Shown here: positions 24,311 through 35,540 of the stretch, piece after piece
Layout: every line of letters starts with the position of its first letter
Position numbering within the stretch: position 1 is the first letter of the stretch
Source of the DNA: Malacoraja senta
Taxonomy: Eukaryota
DNA length: 64,000 bases
Direction: 5' to 3'
NCBI GenBank assembly: GCA_038087875.1
Contig: CM075993.1
Coordinates: 8,310,001-8,374,000 of the forward strand
The notes under the pieces: model-generated
Seen by the model: the letters and a program-made list of their open reading frames with translations, nothing else
What the model was told of the DNA's origin: nothing
Databases searched by the model: none
Position numbers and translations under genes: made by a program

Positions 24311-27169
24311 CAGGGATCGCTGGTCGGCACGGACAAGGTGGGCCTAAGGGCCTGTTTCCGCATTGTATCTCTAAACTAAACTAAAATACTAAGTGCTGGA
24401 GTAACTCAGTGGGTCAGGCAGCATCTGTGGAGGGAATGGATATGCGATATTTTGGGTGGGGCCCTTCCTCACACTCCGCAATCTGAAGACATGACCCAAT
24501 GCGATTCATTCCCTCCATTGATGCTGCCTGACCCGTTGAGTTACTCCAGCATTTTGTGTTTTGCTCAAGATTCCAGCATCTGCATTCCTTGTGCCTCCAT
24601 TATTAAAGACTAATAGCCCTGTCCCACGGTGCGAGTTCATTCAAGTGCTCTCCCGAGTTTTTAAAAAATCAAACTCGTGGTAAGCACGGAGAATGAACGT
24701 AGCGGGTACGTCGGAGCTTGGGGACGTCTCTTAACGGCTCATAAAATTGTAAATGTGCTTAAAAAATAAACAATAAATGACTAATTCTTAATTTTCAAGG
24801 ATGGTCCCCAAATAAAACCATTCTTCATTAAACACTGGCTCAGAGACAGAGAAAAACACACAAAGTGCTAGAAGAACTCAGCGGGTCAGGCAGCATCTGT
24901 GGAGGGAATGGACAGGCAACTTTTCGGGTTGGGACTGAATGTGGTGGGGGAGAAAGCTGGAAAAGAGACCTGGGAGGGGGGACAAAGCCTGGCAAGTGAT
25001 ATGGGGAAGATAGACACAAAACGTAGGAGTAACTCAGCGGGTCAGGCAGCATCTCTGGAGAAAAGGAATAGGTGACATTTCGGGTCGAGAACCTTCTTCA
25101 GACTGAAGTTGAGTTCAACTGCTGAATGTGCCTATCTAAAAGTCCCTTAAATGCCACTCTCGTATCGGCCACCTGCTCTTTATTTCTGTCACAGCCTTTC
25201 GGAAGGCTTCACCCAGCTAATTAATAAGACTGCTCAAATCATCCACTTCCCTCCCAGAAAGCCAGCAAGGCACTAACCCACCCAACCTCCAGGGGTAAGT
25301 AATTGTCAAAGCTGTTACCGAGACTGAATGCTTGTGAATGTCTTAGACATTTACAAACATTCCTATCTACTTAGACACATGAAAAAGTAATTAAAAATAT
25401 TTTAAAACTACACTGAGCAACCGCCCTCACATTCTTAACAGTTCATTTAAAGTTTAGTTTAGAGATACAGCATGGAAACAGGCCCACCGAGTCCACAGCG
25501 AGCAACGATCACCCACCCGTTCACTAGTTCTATCCGACAAAATGTATTGAAATCAATTAACCTACAAGCCTGTAAGTCTTTTGAATTTTGAGGAAACCGG
25601 AGCACCCGGAGAAAACCCAGTTACAGGAATTATATACAAACTCCATACAGACAGCACCTGTAGTCAGGGGCGAACTGGCTGTAAGGTAGCAAATCTACTG
25701 CTGCACCACCGTGCTGCCCTTAAAGTAATTGAACAATGTAACAAATGGAAGCAGGAGTCAACTATTTGGTCCCAATACTTGCCCTGCCTTTCAATAACAT
25801 CTTTATCTAATCTAATACCTCAGCACTACCTTCCGGCAATTGCTCCCTTAATACCCAAACGTCCATCGATCTCTGCTTTGACTGCCAGAAGAGGTAGTTG
25901 AGGCAGGTACTATTGCAATGTTTAAGAAACATTTAGACAGGATAGGACAGGGTTAAAGGGATATTGGCCAAACGCTGGTAGGTGAGACTAGTGTATCTGG
26001 GACATGCTGGTCGGTGTGGGCAAGTTGGGCTGAAGGGCTGTTTCCACCATGTATGACTCTATGACTGAGTATTCCTTACCCTCTTGGGTAAAGAATTTCT
26101 TTAAATCCATCATCTTCTGAGTAGAAATTCAGTCTCTCATCTTTAAATTTGAGGGGTAATTGTTTCACACAAATGGTGGTGGGTGTAAGCTGCCAGAGGA
26201 GGTAGTTGAGGCTGGGACTATCCCAACGTTGAAGAAACAGTTAGCCAGGTACATGGATAGAACAGGTTTGGAGGGATTTGGACCAAACACAGGCTGGTGG
26301 GACTAGTGTAGCTGGAACATTGGCCGGTGTGGGCAAGTTGGGCTGAAGGGCCTGTTTCCATGCTGTGTCACTCTATAATTCTAAGAGATCATAGACCCAG
26401 CCTTCTTAATCTCTCTGCATTGAACAATCCTCTCCATCCCAAAGAATCACACCAATAAGCGCCTGTTACTTTTAATTCCAGTTATGACGCGAACTGTTCA
26501 GGATATTGCAGAAGCAGTCACACCACCTTCCTGTACCACTGCTGCAAGATATATCTTTACCCTTTTATTTTGGTCTTCATAGACAATGGAATATACGTTA
26601 GTTTAGAGATCTAGCTTGGAAACACACACAGATCCCACACCGACCAGGTGTACATCGATACCTGTACACTAGTTGTATCCTACACACAAGGGACTATTTA
26701 CCAAAGCCAATTAACCTACAAACCTGTATCAGTACATGGGGAAAACCCATGCAGTCACAGGGAGAACGTACAAACTCCTTACAGACAGCACCCATAGTCA
26801 GGATTGAACCTGTGTCTCTGGCGCTGTAAGGCAGCAACACTAAGGCTGCGCCACCGTGCCAGACTCATATCCAGGCTCATGGCTGGCTCATATCCAGATG
26901 TGCTGGCCAACATCCCACTTACCTGGCCCTCATACGGAAGGACATTATCTTGCAGACAGACAGTACCTGTAGTCAGGATCAAGATCGAGAGAGAATGAGG
27001 AGCTGAAACAAATAAAAATCTGCCAACAAATTTAGAAATTAGTGGGATCAAAATGGGTTTGTTATCTTGGGAGGCAATGTGGAGCAGGTGGTAGAGCTGC
27101 TACCTCGCAGCAACAGAGACTCAGGATGGATACTGACCTCGGGTGCTGTGCGTGGAATTTGCACATTCT

Positions 27170-27470
27170 TCCAGAGTGCTTCGAGAGACTGGTGATGGTG
27201 CACATTAACTCCAGCCTCCCAGTCAGCCTTGATCCATTGCACTTTGCTTATCGTTCTAACAGGTCCACAGCAGACGCCATTTTCCTGTCCCTAAACTTGT
27301 CTCTGGAACACCTAGACAACAAGGACTCCTGCGTTAGACTCCCATTTATCGACTATAGCTCTGCCTTCAACATCATAATCCCATCCAAACTCATCTCCAA
27401 ACTTCTGGATCTAGAAATCAGCTCCCCCCCCTCTGCCACTGGATCCTCAACTTTCTGACTCACCAACCTA
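27170..27470 (+). mobile_element. Rex1/Babar RT internal fragment
   Basis: [38 protein letters not shown]. Confidence 0.85.
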
Positions 27471-27661
27471 ATCTTATACGTTCCTGTAAGCAATTAGGGT
27501 GGCACAGCTGGTAGAGCCACTACCTCACAGAGCCAGAGACCCAGGTTTGACCCTGACCTTGGGTGCTACCTGTTGCTTGTCACATGTACCGAGGTACAGT
27601 GAAAAGCTTTTGTTGCGTGCTGACCAGTCAGTGTAAGGATAATACATTGATTTCAATAGAG

Positions 27662-27789
27662 TCTGAAGAAGGGTCTCGACCCGAAATGTTGCCCATTCCT
27701 TCTCTCCAGAGATGCTGCCTGTCCCGCTGAGTTACTCCAGCATTTTGTGTCTACCTTAGATTTAAACCAGCATCTGCAGTTCTTTCGTA
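27662..27789 (+). mobile_element. PLE hammerhead module with an 8-bp TSD, inserted in a Rex1 UTR fragment
   Basis: CAATAGAG at 27654-27661 and 27790-27797; starts TCTGAAGAAGGGTCTCGACCCGAAAT. Confidence 0.8.
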
Positions 27790-28879
27790 CAATAGAGCCC
27801 TTCAGTGCATAAATACATGATACGGGAATAACATTTAGTGCAAGGTAAAGCCAGTAAAGTCCGATCAAAGACAGTCCGCGCGTCAGATGAGGTAGATAGT
27901 AGTTCAGGACTGCTCTCTAGTTGTGGTAGGATGGTTCAGTTGCCTGATAACAGCTGTGTGGAACTTGTACGTTCTCCCTGTGACCGTGTGGGTTTCCATG
28001 GAGGCATATGGGCAAATTAAAATCAGCATCTTAAACATAGAGAAGCGATCAGGTTTGGGAAGAATTCCAAGATTTTGGACCTGGATGTATGAGGGCCACT
28101 GTGATAATCTCCGGCAGTGAACGAGGGAGATGTACATGAAGTCCAATAGTAGGAAGAATTCTCTGAGGGGTTTGGGAATTGAGGAGAACAACAGCAAAAA
28201 GAGGACAAGAATTTTAAACCTGAAGTGTCGGCTGAGGGGCAGCTGGTGTAGATTAGGAGGATGGGTGATGGATGGCACGGACTTAGAGCAACTTAGGACA
28301 AAGCCATAAAGCTCTGTATGAAGCTTAACTCTCTTATGTATGACACTTTTAGTACTGTGATTCTCCAGTGCTGTGCTTCATGCCATCTGTTTCTAATTTA
28401 TAGTCAACGTGCTTACATTCTTTGTCTTATTTTTAAAGGGAGGCACAGTGGTGCAACGGTAGAGTTGTTGCCTTACAACACCAGAGACCCAGGTTTGATC
28501 CTCACTATGGGGGCTGTCTTTTCGGAGTTTGTACATTCCCTAATGACCGCGTGGGTTTTCTCCAGGCGCTCCAGTTTCCTCAAACAAACCAAAGACGTGC
28601 AGATTTGTCGGTTAATTGGTTTTGGTAAATTATGAAATTCCCTCACGTGTGTGTAGGATCATTAGTCGGCGCGGACTCGGTGGACCTGTTTCCACGTTGT
28701 ATCTATAACGTCTAAAGCCTCAGTGAGGATTGGATGACCAATAGTAAAGTAATGAATAATACGAATGTCCTCAAAGGAGTTTACACAAATAACTCCAGAG
28801 ATGGAAAATTCCAGGGACAAACTTAGACTAGGAATCTGGGGCACAGTATATTTAGAGGAGATTGGACAGTGATCTACTT

Positions 28880-29325
28880 CACTTCCCTCTGGATTTATGA
28901 TGAGCTGCTTCCACCCTGGTTTTGTAGGTTCTGAGGTGGTTGATGTGGAAGGTGAGAAGCACAGACACTTTCACAGATGGGGCGGAAGGTGCTACATTGG
29001 CTGGGCGATGGGGTGATGCACTCATTCTAATCCTCTGTGTGCTCTCCACCTGTGGACTTGAAGGTCTCAATACCACCCTGATTGCTTCTGCGCTGTAAAT
29101 GGTCAGAGACTCCCAGGATGTTGTACATCTTTGAAGAAGCTTTGAGCACATCCTTGACCATTTTTTTCTATCCACCAGGTAAATCTCTTCCCCTTTCAGA
29201 GCTTGGAAGAGAGTATTTGTTTCACAGGTGTAGAGTCAGGCATACAAGCATCAGTGCTTGCCCAACAAATCTCACTGATTGTAACAGAGCCGTCATTGCT
29301 GGGATTGTTGGCCTGAGAGAGAACA
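28880..29325 (-). mobile_element. Degraded RTE-clade LINE 3' fragment
   Basis: Minus strand KDVLKASSKMYNI resembles the RTE C-terminal KDxLKASLK motif. Confidence 0.55.
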
Positions 29326-29329
29326 TTTG

Positions 29330-29850
29330 CCAAACACTTTTAACTCCCCCTCCCATTCCCACACTGACATTTCTGTCTTGAGCCTCCTCCACTGTCAGAG
29401 TGAGGCCCAACACAAATTGGAGGAACAGCACCTCATATTTCGTTGGGCAGCTTACACCCGAGTGTTATGAACATTGATTTCCATAACTTCAAGTAACCCT
29501 TGCTTTCCTGCCATCTCCATCCCTCCCCCATCCTAGTTTTCCGACCAGTCTGACTGTCCACCTAATTAAATTTTATCTTTATATGCCTCGTTGTCACCTT
29601 CCCCGAGTGAACAATGATCTATTCTACATTTTCCTTGATCTCCATTCCCTTTGTCCTATTTTCACACCTTACACTTCCATAACTATGTATCTCCCTCTCC
29701 CCTAACTCTCAGTCTGAAGAAAGATCTCGACCCGAAACAACAGCCATTCCTTCTCTCCAGAGTTGCTGCCTGTCCCGCTGAGTTACTCCAGCATTTTGTG
29801 TCTACGGTGTAAATCAGCATCTGCATATACACGTGCACCTACTTCCTACA
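29330..29850 (+). mobile_element. Penelope-like element 3' end: GIY-YIG endonuclease C-terminus, UTR and hammerhead module
   Basis: NSPSHSHTDISVLSLLHCQSEAQHKLEEQHLIFR..MNIDFHNFK*, followed by CAGTCTGAAGAAAGATCTCGACCCGAAAC. Confidence 0.85.
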
Positions 29851-31409
29851 CATACAGAGACCATTGATGTTAATTATCATTCCAATGAATATAGTCCATG
29901 AAAATCATTCAGTTAGTGCGGATGGAGGGAAAACATTCCATTGGCAGTTGATTCAAAGACCAAGGAAGACATTTAAAAGGATCATTGACCTGAAATGTCA
30001 ACTCTCTCTCTCTCACCAGATGATGCCTGACATTGGATATTTCCAGTGCTTTCTGTTTGAATGGCAAAGGTTTAGAAATTTGGGCCAAAAATTGTAGGGC
30101 TATGAAGAACATGGGCAGCTCGGACGATTTGCTGCCTTGCAGCGCTGGAGCCCCAGGTTCGATCCCGACTACGGGTGCTGTCTGTACGGCGTTTGCACGT
30201 TCACCCCGTGCCCGCGTTGGGTTTTCTCCGAGACCTTCGGTTTCATCCCACACTCCAAAGACGTACAGGTTTGTAGATAAATTGGCTTGGTGTAAATGTA
30301 AATTGTCCCTAGTATGTGAAGGGTAGTGTTAATATGCAGGGATCGCTGGTCGGCGCGGACCCTGTGGGCTGAAGGGCCTGTGTCCACGCTGTATCTCTAA
30401 AACTAAAACAAACTTTATGTACAGCCCGGTTGTGATCTTAAAACTCTGTGAGTGTAAAGGGTGGTGGGTTAAAGTCACTCCGAGCTTCCTGAAGGGAACG
30501 AGATGGGCGGTGAGGTTAAATAATTTGTGAGGCTATGGGGGAAAGAGCAGGAGAATTGGGAACAGATGTGGAGTCTTAATATTTCCAATATATATTTTAG
30601 TCATTCAAAATATGCACAGGAAGTACAGTTGGTCTCATCTTTCTTTCCATTCATTGCAACAATACCACTCACTTTCCCCTTTAATCAATGCACTCATGAG
30701 AGGCTGTTGCAGGGGACCCAGCCCCTCTGTATCCAGAGAGGTGTCAGGATAACCCTAGACTGTGGCACTTCCACACAAAGCCCCCTCTCTTGGATGTACC
30801 GAGCTTCAGTTCGTCCCCCAGAACTACTCCTGCTGCTTGGAAAATCTTTTATTTCAGAAGTAAATTTATTCCAAATAATAAACATATACTAAACAAAAAC
30901 CGTGCAAACCTCTTCATTCGCTCTTAGTGTCTGTACATTGGAGCAAAGCGCAGTGGTGCAGTTGGCAGAGCTGCCATCCCACAGGTTCAATACTGACCTC
31001 GGATGCCGAGTGTGGAGATTTTGCATGTTCTCCCTGTGACTGTGTGGGTTTCCTCCTGGTGCGCCGGTTTCCCACTACATCCCAAAGACATGCAGGTTTG
31101 CAGGTTCATTGGCTTCTGTAAATTACTGTAAAGTACAGCATGGAAACAGGCCCTTTGGCCCATCAAGTCCACGCCGACCATCGATCACTGTTTGCACTAG
31201 TTACAGTGCCCTCTATAATGTTTGTTACAAAACAAAGTCAATAGCAAGCAGAAGTTAAAATCGCAGGCAATCAAACCAAGTATTGAGCGGCACTCGAAGC
31301 CAACCGAGGGCTTCAGACTCTGCGACGTGCACCAGGAAACCTCGGTATGCCCCAGTGTCTTCTCCCAGTATTCTCGAGCCTTATCAGAAGAGAGAGAATG
31401 TTTGGTAGG

Positions 31410-31490
31410 TTAGGTGTATCGAATGCATTTTCGACTTACGATATTTTTGATTTACGATGGGTTTATCGGAACATAAGTTGAGGAGTTACG
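31410..31490 (+). mobile_element. Tigger/pogo-like transposon terminus
   Basis: AATGCATTTTCGACTTACGATATTTT..TTACGATGGGTTTATCGG resembles Tigger5/MER47-type ends (recalled, not searched). Confidence 0.5.
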
Positions 31491-31990
31491 GTATGGAGGA
31501 GAGAAGGAACTGCCCAAGATCCAAAGCATACCACCTCATCTGTGAAACATGGTGGTGGGGGTGTTATGGCCTGGGCATGTATGGCTGCTGAAGGTACTGG
31601 CTCACTTATCTTCATTGACGATACAACTGCTGATGGCAGTAGCATAACGAATTCTGAAGTGTATAGACACATCCTATCTGCTCAAGTTCAAACAAATGCC
31701 TCAAAACTCATTGGCCGGCTGTTCATTCTACAGCAAGACAATGATCCCAAACATACTGCTAAGCAACAAAGGAGTTTTTCAAACCTAAAAAATGGTTAAT
31801 TCTTGAGTGGCCAAGTCAATCACCCGATCTGAACCCAATTGAGCATGCCTTTTATATGCTGAAGAGTAAATTGAAGGGGACTAGCCCCCAAAACAAGTAT
31901 AAGCTAAAGATGGCTGCAATACAGGCCGAGTAGAGCATCACCAGAGAAGAAACCCAGGTGACGTCCATGAATCGCAGACTTCAAGCAGTC

Positions 31991-32154
31991 TGGGAAAGAG
32001 CGTTCACGTCGCGGCCCTGTTTTCACCAATCTTTCCACCACCATGCGCAAGAAGCACAAGCGCAAGACAGACACCATTGTATGCAGATCTGAGAAGTGTG
32101 TTCAGCTCTGGCTGAACAACTTCTAATCTTGTGTGTGGACTCGATAAGAAGAAG
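31991..32154 (+). mobile_element. Ribozyme-headed short element, family 2 (HDV-like fold lacking the P1 5' strand), inserted in the Tc1 transposase
   Basis: P2 GGAAAGA/UCUUUCC, P3 GCG/CGC, L3 UUCACGU, P1' GGCCCU, GU, 5-nt linker, CCAA; nested 3' hairpins; AAGAAGAAG tail; replaces ATTGC of the Tc1 sequence (compare 18061-18090). Confidence 0.8.
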
Positions 32155-33201
32155 ATGCAAAGGATATGCAACAAAATACTAAACATGACTACTTTCATTT
32201 ACATGACATTGCTGTGTCCCAAACATTATGGTGCCCTGAAATGGGGGGGGACTATGTATAAACACAGCTGGAATTTTTACATGGTGAAACCAAAATGTAT
32301 AAAAATGGCCTTTATTAAAATCTGACAATGTGCACTTTAACCACATGTGATTTTTTTTCTATTACAAATCTCAAATTGTGGAGTACAGAGGCAAATAAAT
32401 AAATGATGGGTCTTTGTCCCAAACATTATGGAGGGCACTGTGTATGTTATCCCACTTTCGTATCCATTTCCCACTCATTAGGGGCAATTCACAGAGGCCA
32501 ATTAACCTACAAACCCGCACATCTTTGGGATGTTAGAGAAAGCCCAAGCAGTCACAGGAGTAAATGCAAACTCCCCACAAACAGCACCCAAGGTCAGGAT
32601 CGAACTCGGGTCTCTGGCACTGTGAGGCAGCGGTTCTACCAGCTGTGTCACTGCCACCATATATCTAGCATGGAGCCACGGTAAAATTACAGAATGGAGT
32701 TACTGTCCTGGGTGATGTCCAGAGTTGGATAACACAATATGGCGTCTATAAAGATGCATGTGTTTCAGTTCCAGAGTCTTGCAAGCTGTCCATATGCAGT
32801 AGTGCTGGAGGGAAGCCCCCTTGCATCATGACATAAGATGTTTAGCACTCTCTCCAACAATAGAGATTAGCTAACATGACCGTAACATGACCTGCTATGG
32901 ATTGTTTGCTTGTGAAGGAAGGAACTGCAGATGCTGGTTTACACCGAAGATGGTGGAGTAACTCAGTGGGACAGGCAGCATCACTGGATAGAAGGAATGG
33001 GTATTGTTTTGGGTCGAGACCCTTCTTCAGACCTTGCTTATGAGCAATGCCTTGCACAATAGGACAAGCAACATGCACCCTCAAATATAATGGTAGTTGA
33101 GGAACAGTGCAGAGTCCAAACTGCTGTTCATTAATCTCTCTTTGCACACAAAAAAATAATAGCAAATTCAATGCTTTCGAACCACTTTTTAGTGATGCGT
33201 T

Positions 33202-33239
33202 ATGATGGGTCTTTGTCCCAAACATTATGGAGGGCACTG
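33202..33239 (+). mobile_element. Solitary Tc1 TIR end
   Basis: ATGATGGGTCTTTGTCCCAAACATTATGGAGGGCACTG followed by TA. Confidence 0.8.
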
Positions 33240-33884
33240 TAATTAGGGTGGCCATTTTACACTTATTGAATATAAATGGATGTTAAAAATGATTAGAATG
33301 CAAATGGTGCAGGTTGGGTCTCCCCTGATGTTTGCTCAACTGCTCTGCGACCTCAGGGTGTCACCACACAAACTGGGTGAAAGTGCAGTTTAAAAGGGAA
33401 AAAGAGGCTGGAGGCAAATGCAATAGAATTAAGATGGGCATACGACCATTTTTTAATGTTGAAAAGGCTCGAGAGAATCTCACTGCTTCTGGTCTTTGTG
33501 CTGCAAACATCCTTTAGCTCTGCAAGCTTCCTCTCAGCTACATAAGCATTTGGAGTGACATTTGGGTAATTTACAAGCCGTTGGGAGCAATCGTTTCCTT
33601 GTTTGCCTAATCAGATAATTAAGAGGCTCATTTCTGTCGTCTTGTGGTCACGTTCAGCTCTGCCTTGTGCTGATATTATAGGCTGTACATGGCAGGTTTC
33701 AGCAGTGACTGGCTGAGAATTCCTAATTCAGACCTAGAATGACTGACAAAGTCACCAGCATCTCAGTTAAAGGTGGAGGCTTTGAACTGTCAGCCTTTTT
33801 GGATTATGCTGGAGAACTGGAAAACGTTAATCCCCAGTACACAATGTAAACAAGAGTCAAGGACATTAAAACAAAAATGTGAAT

Positions 33885-34400
33885 TGGAACATAGAACATG
33901 AAACAGCACAGCACAGGAACAGGCCAATCAGCCCGCAATGACTCTGCCAAACATGATTCCAAGATAAACTAATCTCAATTGCCTGCACGCGATCCATATC
34001 CCTTCATTTCCTGCCTATCAAAAAGCCTCCTGAATGCCACTATTATATCTGCCTCCAGTACCACCCCTGGCAGTGCATTCCAAATACCCATCACCCTCCC
34101 CGCACATTTCCTTCCAATTTTATCCCTCTCACCTTAAACCTATGCCTTCTAGTCTTCGACATTTCCACCCTGGGGAAAAAATGATGACTGTCTATCTATG
34201 CCTCCCTTAATTTTTATATACTTCTATTAGTTCTCCCCTCAACCTCTGGTCTTCCAGTGAAAACGATCCGAGTTTGTTCAAACTCTCCTTGTAGCTAATA
34301 CCATGTAATCCAGGCCGCATTCTGGTCAACCTCATCTGCTCTCTCTCCTACACATCCTTCCTGTAATGGGGTGGCCCGAACTGCACACAATACTCCAGAT
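33885..34400 (-). mobile_element. Older CR1 3' fragment
   Basis: Degraded CR1 ORF2 C-terminus and tail on the minus strand. Confidence 0.75.
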
Positions 34401-34781
34401 GAGGACAATCAGACCAGACCATGCAACCCAGGCGGAGAGACCATGACTCTGGCATGCGATCCATGCATTGTGCCAGAACTTGCGCGCAAAGAACACATTG
34501 TTGCTATATGGAAGACAGGAAACCCGCACAGTCTTTAGGAGAACGTGCAGATTCCATACAGACAACAGGATTGAACACGGCTTATGATAGAGTTGGTTGC
34601 ATGTGCGATTTGAAGATGTGTTCACCGTTTTTGAGCACCCACGAGATTAGTGGGCATCTTAAGGCGCTGAATCCAGGCTCTGGTGACTCATCACTGGCAT
34701 GGTCTCCAACCATTTGTTACAGCCCCTCTGTGCCGAAATCCAGAAAGCCTCCTGGACAAACTCCTTGCAATGTCCTTGAAT

Positions 34782-35540
34782 TTAGAAACATAGAAAAATA
34801 GGTGCAGGAGTAAGCCTTTCAGCTCTTCGAGCCAGCACCGCCATTCAATATGATCATGGCTGATCATCTAAAATCAGTTCCTGCTTTATCCCCATATCCC
34901 TTGATTCCTTTAGCCCTAAGAGCTAAATCTAACTCTCTTGAAAACATCCAGTGAATTGGCCTCCACTGCCTTCTGTGGCAGAGAATTCCACAGATTCACA
35001 ACTCTCTGGGTGAAGACATTTTTCCTCATCTCAGTCCTAAATGGCCTACCCCTTATTCTTAAACTGTGGCCCCTGGTTCTGGACTCCCCCAACACCAGGA
35101 ACATGTTTCCTGCATCTAGCCTATCCAATCCTTTAAGAATTTTATATGTTTCTATAAGATATCCTCTCATCCTTCTAAATTCCAGTGAATTCAAGCCCAG
35201 TTGATCATATGTCAGTCCCTCCATCCTGGGAATTAACCTGGTGAACCTACGTTGCACTCCCTCAATAGCAAGAATGTCCTTCCTCAAATTAGGAGCCAAA
35301 CATTGCACACAAGACTCCAGGTGCGGCAGTAGGACCTCCTTGCTCCTAAACTCAAATCCTCTCACAATGAAGGCCAACATGCCATTAGCTTTCTTCTCTG
35401 CCTGCTGTACCTGCATGCTTACTTTCAGTGACTGATGTACAAGCACACTCAGGTCTTGTTGAACTTCCCCTTTTCTAAATTTGATACCATTGAGATAATA
35501 ATCTGCCTTCCTGTTCTTGCCACCAAAGTGGATAACCTGA
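34782..35540 (-). mobile_element. CR1 LINE, 5'-truncated
   Basis: ORF 34916-35446 KKANGMLAFI..IEGVQRRFTRLIP..RTRGHSL; same subfamily as 59031-62313. Confidence 0.92.

Larger units (their letters stand above)
23960..24385 (+). mobile_element. HE1-like SINE interrupted by the ribozyme-headed element
   Basis: SINE core and tail split at the duplicated CAGGGATCGCT. Confidence 0.9.
31204..32440 (+). mobile_element. Tc1 element (same family as 16453-18356), internally rearranged, inserted in a minus-strand SINE
   Basis: TA-CAGTGCCCTCTATAATGTTTG left end; transposase remnant 31491-32183; full right TIR ending GGAGGGCACTG; SINE halves on both sides. Confidence 0.9.
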
